A stretch of DNA of 55,760 nt, from positions 186,001-241,760 of the forward strand of contig KZ537958.1 in assembly GCA_000934665.2 (NCBI GenBank), given 5' to 3'. Positions 14,501 through 26,500 of the stretch are shown here, piece by piece (the first letter of the stretch is position 1; each line of letters starts with the position of its first letter). Position numbers and translations under genes: made by a program. Source of the stretch: Catajapyx aquilonaris (lineage: Eukaryota). The notes under the pieces are model-generated. The model saw only the letters and a list, made by a program, of their open reading frames with translations. It was not told the DNA's origin and did no database searches.

Positions 14501-17500
14501 AAAGCACAAACTGCTACCTGCCCACTTTCAGACTACTGAGAGTACTGAAACCTGGCACACTGGTAGTGATATTTTTATTTATTTTATTTTATTTATTTTA
14601 CCCCGGTGGGCACGATGGCCATTGGGGAGACTGGTAGTGATAGCATAGACTGGTAGGTTGCATAAGTTTCAAATTCTTGAAATTTTGGTGTTAAGTCCAG
14701 TTGTAGGATAATTTCGACCCTTCTGTAGCCATAAAGAAGTTCCACAAGTTGGCCACCAGGGGTGAGGACAGTATACCTTTGGTCTGATCACACTGCTGAG
14801 CCACCTGAGCACCACCAATAGGGCAAAAGAAAACTCTTCATGTACAATATACAGTTTATGCCTTAGAGCGCACATATGTAGGTCAAAACCTTCTTTGGCC
14901 CACCAGTTTGTGGAAATTGCCCCCCTGCCTAGTTCCCAGCTAACCTGCATAGAAGTTTGAGTTCGACCGCGAAATTTGCTCCTATGCCACCCTCTTGGAA
15001 CCTGCTGTCATACGCAGCCATTTCCCAAGCAAATTTTGCATGTTCACGTAGCCATTGCTTTTACTTTAGAGCTCGGTCTGCGACTCAATTAGACTCCGGC
15101 TTTAATTTTTTTTCTGTCTCTCCTTTTGGGGAAGGGCTGGTTTCTGCATTCGAGTGCAGGTGAGTGGATATGAACTTTGGGTGGGTTAATTCGTCTTACG
15201 GTTGGCCGGGCGAACTTTCCCTGCAGTTGCAGGAATGAGATTAGAGCGAGGGGGGGGGGGGCAAAATGCCTGGAAAATAAAGTCATGAGAGGCCCACCCC
15301 AAAATGAATATGTTTGCGCTTGCTGTCAGGTGTAATGCACGTGGAAATAGGGCGGTTTTACTAAAGGACTTGCGTACGTGGCATTTCCATTAAGTGGTGA
15401 AGCTTGAAGCCAACTGGCGGACGAATTTGCATTAGTGAGAGCGACTAACGCGATTTGCATGGTGCACTGCAACCGTACAGTACATTAATTCATTGTGAAC
15501 GAGGTGTTTTCAGGGGGGGGCTTACAAAAAAAAATGGTGGATACATGAAGTACCAAAGATGGATGCGGCCAGACTTTACAACCGCATCTAATCCATGTGA
15601 ATAGTACCCCCGAGGAATGATAGAGTTTGGCTTGCGCCTGTATGTAATTACAGGAACAATGCGAGGGAGAAGATAGTATGCCTGGCCCGGGTTGTGGTGA
15701 TGGAAATGATAAATAACCGGAGCGTTCCAACCTTTAGCGAAAGTGGAAGCCCGCTTCAGAAAGCCAGTCGCCATTCCTCAGATACCACATGCAACCAGTA
15801 CCCATATTGAGGCTATTAATTTTCATGTCGGGCCGCATACGATTCGCCGACTGGAAGAGAGCTGGTGTTGATTACAAACTTTCAATGGAGACGGGCACGT
15901 AAATTGCTTGGTGTGCACATGAGTGTGAAATTACATACCGGTACTCTTTATTTAAAACATAATTATGTAGCAAAATTTTTGCTCACACTTGAAAAATTAA
16001 TGTAAATTTTGCAATAATTGTGTCTTGATGGCCTGCACTAAATCCAGATCGAATTTTGAACACATGCCATTTTAGCAGTGTGTGCATGGGGAAACCCCGC
16101 ACAGGTCCTTCTCTGCGTGTAGGGCAGATTTGGTTGCAATATTACATTCGGGGGCAGGTTGCATTAATATTTACAGGCCCATATGAGTAGTCCAATTTAC
16201 ACCAGTGGGATTTTGCTGAGTGTCGCGCAGCAAGCGAGACCAATTTATTCTCGCCACGTGCCGCCGTGCAACACATGCAGATAAAATTAACACCGCAGAG
16301 TGACCATACGCTCAATCTATTTGTTGTACGCTAAATGCACGCTAATGGTTCAAATAATATATTATGCAGTGGGAATTAAAATTGTAATACCACTGCATTG
16401 CACTCACCAGTTGTTCTTTTCTTTTGTAAAATTCCACTCGAATGAAACTTGATTTGAAAATAAGACTCGTTGTTTTCTGCGACCCAGCACCAATTTACAC
16501 TAGAAACGAAATTTTCTAGAGACAAGCAAACTTTTTTTTTTCCTTTCGCCGTTTTTCCAAACTTTTTTCCTTCCTTGCCGCATTATGGAAGTGGGAAAGT
16601 TCCCCGCGGGCAGGGATATTGTGTAGGCCATTATTGTGGCGTGGTTCCGGGGCGAGAGAAAAAAAAAAATCTTGAAGCAATATATTTCGAGCGCATCGTG
16701 GACGCAAGAAATGCAGCGGCGTCATCATCTTTCACTTTCATTCTACCGACTTGGCTATTAAGGTCTTCCAGTCTTTTTTTTTCGTTAGGAGGTTGAAGAG
16801 CTTGGCATTTGTCACTCTTGGAACCAAAGAATAGTTGTCTCAGCGTTTTTGATAAATTGAGATGAATAAACAATATTGTGAAGGCCTGGAGTAGCAGCAA
16901 GGTATGGACTGCAGCAACTTTCTACTCGTAATTATTGTGTAACTACCTGGCTGCAAAGTTTAGTGCCTATTCACAAGAGGTGTCCCAAACTTGTTGTAGG
17001 AGGAAATTAGGTTTTATTTTTTAGATGTTAGTGTCTTCATTGCTCCGGATATAATTGAGGTGTGATAATGTAAACTAGACTGTGCGGGCGAGCGAGACTA
17101 TTTCGCACGAACTTTCTTGGTAGAGTTTTTTTTTGCTTTTTTTTGCAAAGTTTGCAATTTACATAAGCGGAGCCGAGGAAGGCATTAAGATAAGTCTTGA
17201 ATGACCGTGTATTTTGGTCTGGGGAAAAGCGAGTTGTCTGTGAATAGGATTTTAAACTTGCTGGATTAGCTCTGCTTAGTTTTGGAAAATGAGAGTTTCG
17301 CCAACAAAAGGGGGTCTCTCGGCAGCGGTATAAGTTACACAATGCCAAATTGAACTGACATTTAGAACGAGCAAGTTCAAATGTCATTGACTCCCGGATC
17401 GATCCTCGCTCGTGTAACTTGAAATCATTGTTATATAACCGCCTTCCTTAACAGGCTAATAATTGCATTGAACTTTTTTTTTGTTGCCAGTTGCATGGGA

Positions 17501-20500
17501 GGTAAACAAGTGAATTTTGGCTGCAGCTGCCGAGCGTTTCAATCACGTTTTCAGGCGGGTGCAACTCGATTGATGCAAATGGTTTTAATGAGAGGCCAAA
17601 TCCATTTATGTGCTGATTGGACCTATTGCATGTCCCCAGCACCTACAATAAATAAATTTTGTTCATTTACATTGTACCTTGAGTAATAAAATTGCTTCAT
17701 CGTGCTCATAATCACATGACGTGACAAATCTTACTCGAGGGCTTACCATCCCCCAAAGGCGTTGATCACACTAGTATCCGAGGTCATTTATAAGAGATTA
17801 TGTCCAAGGGAACACCGGACACTTTCCACCCCTTTTCCCTATGAAAAATTTCTTCTCCAGCTTCCACTGCCGGACATCTCCGAGTCTAAGCCCGCGAGAA
17901 ATTACAGCAAATCCCTGCAAAGCGCTCGACATTGGATCCGTAAAACGATGGCAGCCCCAACCCTCTCGACCTCTGGTCTGGCTCCAGAAATTCCAATCCT
18001 CATAGCAGCAGGAATGATAAGGCCCTGGCGTGACGTTTCGAATCTCAAGTTGCACGGAAAATCGGGTCAAAATCCGGCTCATCTTTTATTGTCTGACGTG
18101 ATTAACGTCCCGAGGGAGGACACTCGCTCGTTTGCTTTTGGGGGAAGAAGAGAATTGACTTTTTTTCTTCTTAAGGAGGATATGGGAGGAAGAGGAAGCT
18201 TTTGAGGGGTTGAGACTCAGTGAGACCCTTGTTCGTGTTCCAGATGGTATCGCCAAGGATTGCAGCCTGTGGACGACGACGATCGGATGTTCCAAGTTGG
18301 CGGATCTCTTGCTATCACTCACGTTGGTGAAGAAGATGGAGGAAGGTAGGGGATAATTCTGCCCTTTCCCCCACATTAGAAACAAATAAATTAAATATTG
18401 TCTGGTAAACTGGTATAATGCATTTTATGGTTGGTTCAGTTGATCAAGAGCAACATTGTGAATTTTTACCAAGTAAAGTTCATTAGAACAGTGTTGCTCT
18501 AAAAATGTATGTTTCGCCATACCTGCTCGCTTTTGTTGTGGAAATTAAAAATTTATTTGCCCAGCCTGAATTCTAATTTTAATGCTGTAGTAACGAAACT
18601 TGTCGGAATTTTTTGTGAGCAAAATGTACTTGCAGTTCTTTTATAAAAGTGCCCATATAAAGAACTGGCATGGGACTTGACAATATTGTGGAGTTTACAT
18701 GCCCATTTCGTAACCCATGGCAAAGTGGAGCAGTAAGGCAAAAGCAAGGGCGGATAAAACGATCGACTCCAAGTGCCCACAACACACCCGGAATTTTTTT
18801 TTCCGGGGTCTTTTTTCCAGCGGAGAAACGGCCCGTGGCCGGTGCAGGTGGCCATAAAAGCTGTCTCTAACTGGCCGTAACGAAGGTGGCAAGTAGCGTG
18901 AAAAGCTGGCCTGTGAGAGAGACCTGTACTACTTCCAGATACGTTTGCTTGGCCAACAACACCGGAGGCGTGGACCGGGCCGAGATCAATCTGTTCGTGA
19001 TGGCACCTCTGGGGGTACATCTGCAGCCTCAGCACGTCACGGTCGACCTGGGTCGAAGGGCCGAGCTTAGCTGCGTGACCTCGGGTCAACCAGTGACCTC
19101 TGTCTACTGGGTCAAGGACGGCCAGCTGCTGAGAGGCAACGAGAGGATCAGGGTCATCGGATCAGAGAAGCTGGTGGTGGATCCGGTGCATCGGGAGGAT
19201 GGTGGGATGTTCCAGTGTTTTGTCAAGAACGAAGATGAGATGTCGCAAGGGACTGCAGAGCTCAAGCTTGGAGGTGAAGATTCATTTTTAGTCACCATAT
19301 TTTTATAACACTCGTAACTGCGAACATGTATAAATATTTCTCCTCCTACGTCGCGGAAAACTGTTTCCATTTGTGGTACTGTGCAATCAATGTCTCCCGA
19401 CATTTTCAAGTACTTTGTTTCGTTTCTTACAGTCACTCGTGGAGGTGAAAGCCTTCAGTCGCCATTAGCAAAAGATTGAACAAAGTATAGATCGGAGCTG
19501 TACATTAGGGTCATAAAGTACTGTAAGGGTGAGAATGTACAAAATATAGTTCACAGACTCTGTTACCTTTCATTTCAATAGATGGCTTGATGTGAACCAC
19601 GTTTGGCTGTTTGTCAAAAGGGGACAAAGTCACCATTTTTTTGAAAAATAAGCTCCCATCTGTATAGGGCCCACATTTTTACTAAAGTTTATTATTTGGT
19701 GAAGGAATTTTCTACATGGAACAAGAGTTGTGAGGAAAAACCACTGCAATGACTTCAGTACTTGAGAAGTAAAGTGGTCCTTTTTCTAAAGATAAAAGTT
19801 CTGAGTCTCGCGCAGTAATAAAACAACATTAAGTTACCATGGTTACTTTGTGTCCCAACTTGAGAAGGAAGACGGAAAGCATATACCAAGAGGCTTTTGT
19901 CTTTAATTCGGCTTGCATTTCGTGATCAAAACACCTTCTTTTCGAAACATAATTCCATATTTGTGGTGCATAATTTTGGAATACGAATCTGATTACTTTG
20001 CATCGTATCACATTACACCATTACATACTCCACATTAACAATGCAGAAAAATGAGAAGACCCGCACGAATTTTTCCCCATCCATGAATATGCATCGGATC
20101 ATCAAACCTCTACTTTGAAGTGTTCAATACCGATCCTTTGGAAAGAATCCCAGCTCTCATTACAAACGCACGTCCTCTTTTGGGATTTCAATATTGCGCC
20201 CCCCCGCATTTTTTTCCTACACAAAAGTTCCGCATCCCAATCCACGCAATTTCCTCTCGAATGGAATCCCGCCTTCAGTCCACCCTGTAATTGGAGTAAA
20301 CTTCGGAGGGCATATGGACGGGCAACTGGCAACAAGTTGAGTTGCTAGAAACAGCTTTTCCAGTCCAGCAGGGTCTCTCTCCCTACGGGCGCGGACACTG
20401 ATGATCCCTTGGAAGGAAAATGCGAGCACAAACCAAGCGTGGATTTAGCAGAAAGTCCAGGTTGTCCCCAACGACGCCATCAACTAAAATTGCCTCTTCA

Positions 20501-23500
20501 CCTGCACGGGCGCAATAAAGTAGGGCCGACCTATATATACCCCCAGCAGGAGGAAAAGGGGGGGGAGATATAACCACGGAGGCGGTTTTCGGCTCTAACG
20601 CTTATGCTATACCTTTCGGAGGTTTTACGACTGTCATCTGCGACCATACGCACACTGACTCTCTTGGAGGCCCCCAGGATAAGGCTCAGTCATTGAAAGA
20701 GTGTCAGCTGCATTTCCATTAAGGGGAATCCCCCGTCGGGAGTTCTTCTTAGCTTCTCTTGAGGACTAATTAATTTTGGGATGTGCCCGTGGTACGCTTC
20801 CACTAATGTTCTTTTTTTAAAAAAAAACATTAGGAGTGTATAATGCGCACATGGGTTTAAAACTTACAGTTAGTGCAGTTACTTTGGAATAATGCCTGGA
20901 TTGTAATTCCATGTACAAAGCAGGGCTACTGCGGAATTGTTTTGTAGTGGTTAGCAGAAGTAACTGCCTAAAATAAGCAGCTTAAAACTACAACAGACGA
21001 TTAACCATCTGTAAAGTAATGTTGATTTAGTTTCATATAACACAGCAGATTCGGTCCATTTAAATAATGAAGCTCCATTTTGACTCGCCCATGTCGCCAC
21101 TACCGCGAGTAAAAGCAATTACTTAATTGCATGCTGGTTTTTAGCAACGTCTGCGACGCATCTGTGCGTATACGATTAGATTAAAACCCGCTGGCCTAAC
21201 AGTAATACAGCGAATACCGCAGACATAATGAGCCCTCGTTGTTATAAAAAGAAGCAACTCCCCAATGTAATTTTATTCGCGCTGGTAAATAAGCCGCGTG
21301 CGGGGCACTTCATGAATTATTAGTCGCGTCGATGAGTGAATCTAACCACGACCATTACGCAGGACATTTTAACAACATTTATATTGCACAAGTTTTGCGA
21401 AATTGTGACGGCAGCCAGTACATCTTGCAGTACATGATTGTGGATCATAGCAAAAAAGTCACCTTTTGCTGAGATGATTCACATACTGATTACCAAATTT
21501 GGACACGAGAGTTAACATGCTTATATGGTATATCTCTTTGATATTTCAGCCGCATACCCGCAGCTGAGTTACAGGTTCATCCAGCAAACCTTGCAGCCAG
21601 GTCCACCTGTGTCACTAAAGTGCATCGCTACCGGCAGCCCCACACCTTACATCAAATGGACTTTGGACGGTTTTCCACTTCCTTCCAGCGAGCGGTGAGT
21701 ACACAACCCAAAATCTGTCTGTGTTGACACTCGGGTACGTCTCACTGCCCTGATTAGGATGATCGTGTGAGGCCAGCTGCTAAGGTGTGCCCCGGTAAAT
21801 CTTCTTGTGGGTAAATAAAAGTTTGCGAAAGGTTCACAAATGGAGCAGTTTCGAGGCTTGAGAGAAAAATCCTCTTAGGAGATTCCAGTGCTGGCATCTC
21901 GCAGCCTCACGTCCTTCGTCCGTGCACTGAATTGAGATGGCACCCTACACCCCGCGTTTATGGAATGCTCCCAGACGTGTACGGACCAAAGTAAAACCCC
22001 AGAAGAGGCACTTCCATCAGCAGGCCTCGAACTAATAAATCCTCTCTGCCTTTCAACGCACAAATAAATAACTGCGCGGTCCAGACCTGAAACGCAGAAC
22101 AAAATTCGTACGATTTCCAGATATTTATAGCACAATGCTTGACCATATGTACAGTTTTACGCTGTCCATATGGCAAAAAATGGCGCGATTTTTGGCCACA
22201 CATTAGTCTTATCGCAACCTATGCCCGCGAAATGTTTTCAGCGGGCAGCAAATGCACTCGGGGACAGCGAGAAATACGATTAGCGAAAATTTCATTTCGG
22301 GTAGGTTGCGTGTGGAGAGATCTATTAGCACCCATATCGTCAGGAATTCAATTAGGAAGTACAGTCGTCAGCGCAAAGTGATGGATATTCGATTAAAATT
22401 CGGGTCCAGCTATACGATTCCCGACTGGTGATGCTGGACTATAATAATGCCTTTGCCATTTTGCTCTTGGTATTTGACATTTCATTTGCATCGGTATGTA
22501 TACGAACAGTTGTGAGATAAAAATGGGGACACACCCATGTACACAAACTGTTTTACCTGTTCAACCAGTTTTATTCGAATTGGACAGAGGGCGCTCCACG
22601 GTTAGCAATTTTTGGCACAATATAATTGTCAACTTGGGCAGATAAACACTGACGTATGTGTACAGTACAACGATGAAAAAAGGGGTGTAAAAGATCCTGT
22701 AAATTTAACCTGATGGGCAGCGCCGGAATTCAAAGACAATTTTCCTTCTCTGACCGTGGTATTTGCTCTGGTCCTGTAATTGAAAACAAATATTTGACCT
22801 TCGAACTCCGTTCTGGCTGACGCATCTCAAAGAAGTCGGTGGTAATACAAGGAACTCGAGGAAAAGGTTATATAGAGATAGTCCTTCCCATCCTCCACCT
22901 CACATTGATCTGTTCTCGTGAAAGTGGTTTTTAGTCTGCGGAGACAATCGATGGTGGCTCAAGGGCTTTTTTATGAATCCACTCCTTCGGGTCAGATGCT
23001 TGGGAATTTCTGTCGGATCCTATGGAGGAAAAAAGGCATCTAAAATATCAAATGGCAAGAAATGTAGGACTGGAGTAGTCTGCATACAGAACCGGTCTGT
23101 ATATAAAGCAGTGACTAAATATTTCAAAAAAGGACTAGAGTGCTGTCTTACTGTGTCTACATGCAAGTTCCGGGATTGCTAAAAAGTGTGGATTGTTTAT
23201 CCAAAGCTTTTCCCTCCCAGGTAACTTCAGAATTTCACATTTATTATTATCACGCCAAACTTAGAGCTGGTATGAACTACCATGCGGTAGAGCTATACAG
23301 TCAATATATGAGTTTAAAAACTAACTTGTTGGCAGTAATTTTCAGTCTGATTATTTTTATAGCCGAAGGCCAGCTGGATATTGACTGGAAAATGTCGAGA
23401 ATATTAAGCGCAAAAAATGTCATTTCTCCAGCCCATACGCCTCAGGCTATACCTAACGACGTTTTTTGTACGACCCTGATGCAATAATGTTACCAAATTG

Positions 23501-26500
23501 TGACGTACCATCGCTTAGCTGGTTCGTGTTTACAGAAACGCGTGTCAGTACAAAATCTGCCCTTTTCCAGTTTTTTGATAGGCCAATACGTACTGGAAAA
23601 TGGTGATGTGATCAGCCATGTCAACATCAGCCGAGTTGAAGTACAAGACGGAGGGACGTACCAGTGCACCGCAGTCAACCGTGCAGGAGAAGCAACCCAT
23701 TCAGCTGACCTTCGAGTCTACGGTCAGTCCACATTTTTATCACACTTGACGTGGCTTTTGAAGCAGTCAGTCATGTAACCACAATTTTCAGGTACGCCTT
23801 TCATACGTCCGATGCCGCCCATTTCGGCCGTGGCTGGCGAGACTCTCAGCCTCACCTGTCCTGTGGCAGGATATCCTATCGACTCGATATCCTGGGAAAA
23901 GGGTAAGTTATATCCTCTTATATGGAACTGCATGAATACATTATTCAGTTGGATCCGGTTCAAAAATGCTAATATAATGTTCTAAAACTGACAGAAATCG
24001 ATTCAGCATACATGGGGGAGTCCTGGGTGTATATATCTTGTGTTTGCGCTTTGAAATCTATGCACAAAGTACACTCGACGAGTAGCGGAACATGAATGCA
24101 GGCGAGGTAAAAGCGTGGACTCCAAAAACTCGGAGGAAATAAAAGCAATCATTCGCATGGATTACTCCGAGTCGTTGCAGCTTATGTGCTTGGGTCCACG
24201 GTGTGTTCGGTCACTTGGTGTGGAAAAAGCGAGGCATTTGCTTTGTGTACAACAGGCTGGACTAACGCTGTTTTTGGCGGTATCCTGTCAAACAAAAAAA
24301 TTCATTGCGTTGTATAGGCAAGTTTTATTCCAACTAAATATCCCAAAAGCCTTGTGTCTGGAAGCGGATCTTGAGGAGACGCTAAAGGTATCGTCAGGAG
24401 AATATTATAAAATATTCCTCTTTGATCAATAAATCCACCACCGAGTTTTCTTGCGGTCCTTGGCACTCTCCTAATGAGGAAAAGCAAATTACGAATCCAC
24501 AGAAGCAAATCGACGCTAATGCAATAGCTCAAATTAAAGGGTTTGGACCGTTCCAGAAGAGAACATGGGTGGGTGGGTGGAAGTCTCTGCAATGCAATTT
24601 TGTTGGGGGGTGGGAACATTAATTTTAACAATTTTATTATCGGAACTGCAATGGCATGTATGAAACTGCGCCGTTGTTAATCGGCTCGTAAATATTTTAT
24701 TATAAAATTTACAGTCTCCGGTTGGTTGTGCATTTTCACATCTATAAACGATTCATACTGTGGTCCAAGTTATTCAGTATGGACCTACCAAAAGATCTGA
24801 AGCCAAAAACTTTGGGTCTTTGCCTGCTTCCAAAATTTATGAGGTAAAAGTTTTATCAGCCCCTCCCATTTTTTATATAAAACTCTTCAGTCAGTGTTTT
24901 CGTCTTCCGCCTCATTAAAATTCCTCCGCATTATTAGATCCAAACACAATCTGTGTCTAACAAATAAAACAACCCGAAATGGTCACCCTCCAAAAAAAAA
25001 GTGCATGCAAAAAAAATTAGCGTGCTTCTCTGTTGGTGGTAGAGTAATAATTGCGGTGTCGACAGGGGGTCGCCAACTGCCGCTAAATCGTCGGCAAAGG
25101 GTGTTCCGCAATGGGACCCTCATGATCGACAATGTGCAGCGTCAGGCCGACAGGGGCACGTATTCCTGCAGCGCCAACAACAAGCAAGGATACACCGCCA
25201 CTCAGAGCGTCGACATTTCCGTCATCGGTGAGTTTTTTTTTTTAATGTACAAAGCATGTTTCCCCTGTTTTTGTTGAGGAAAAAATAGATACAAAGTGGG
25301 CCACGGTTATCGACTATAGGTGCCTAACTTTCGGAGGCTATTTGGTTGTAACAATCGGGTCAAGTTCATGCAACTTACAGATTGGTTAAAATCTTTCTCT
25401 GTACACTTGTACAGTACATAAAAGGAAAGTGTGGAAGTAGCCACAGCCAATCACGGGCCAGGATGTCACCCATGAATATCGATATGTATTGATACAAGGC
25501 GGGCCGTTTGAAAAATAATGGCACGTATATAAAATATAAAGAAAATATGAATTAAGTGCGATAACCGTGACCGCACATAACATTCAGTGTTTTTCTTTCA
25601 GATGAAGTATCCGGGTAATTTGGCAGCTACACTATTCTTCATAAAACAAACTTGCAGCAATTCAACTGACGCCAACTGGTTTCCAGCCCTTTCGGCAAGT
25701 TTTAAATCATTTAAAGTGGGCATTAGAAGTCAGTTGGTTGAATGTTGACTCATGCAGTTAGGTCTCTTCACGCGTGAGAAATTTTGCGCAAATAATGTAT
25801 TGGCCACCCCCCCGTTTTACTTTTAAAGCGCGAGTCAAATGAGGCGTCTGATCTGTTTACCTGCACACCACCCATGTTGTTCAAACACAGTTCACAACTG
25901 GTGGCAAACATAAATGTTAGGTCACCGGAATCGATGAGAATTGTTTATTCCCAGTATCTGTAGTCCGTGTGTGTTGCTGCCAAACCGGATCTATACCCTG
26001 TCACTAACTATATTTTGCAGGTCCCCAACTTTCTAACTTGTTTCCTCTTTATTTTTTTTCTTTCCAATTCTCTACTAACCAGTTTACGTCAGGAGAAAGC
26101 CAGGTTACTCCCAAGTTTTGTTGCTCCAAGTTGTTCTTTACATAGCCCCTGGGTCTGTTTGTTCTCTACTCTCTATTTCCAACCGATGTGTACCTTCCTT
26201 CTCATTATAATGAGGTTAAATAGACCGAGCATAATGAATATGACCTCCAGTGGCTTAATTAATGAAGGGTTTTGGCTTGCAGAGATGTGAAATATTTTTT
26301 TTATTCCAGTTCTCTTGCTTCACTTTGGGCTGAGCAAACTACATTTTGCGGCCAAGATGGTATCGGAGCATTTTATGACGCCCAATTAGCCAGGCCAGGA
26401 ATATGTCACACATAGCAGCATTTATTCCGCTGCGGTTAGAACCAGCCCGTGTTACAGTAATTGTGAATCGGTCCAGTAATTGGGGACGCGTACAGCAGCA

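Noticed and set aside
2581..18243. Hypervariable Dscam1-type exon 4 or exon 6 arrays in the long introns
   Set aside because: Manual scanning and the ORF track showed no additional GN.A..C..PS or C.A.G.P.P exons; only single copies were found. Highly decayed copies cannot be excluded without an HMM search.
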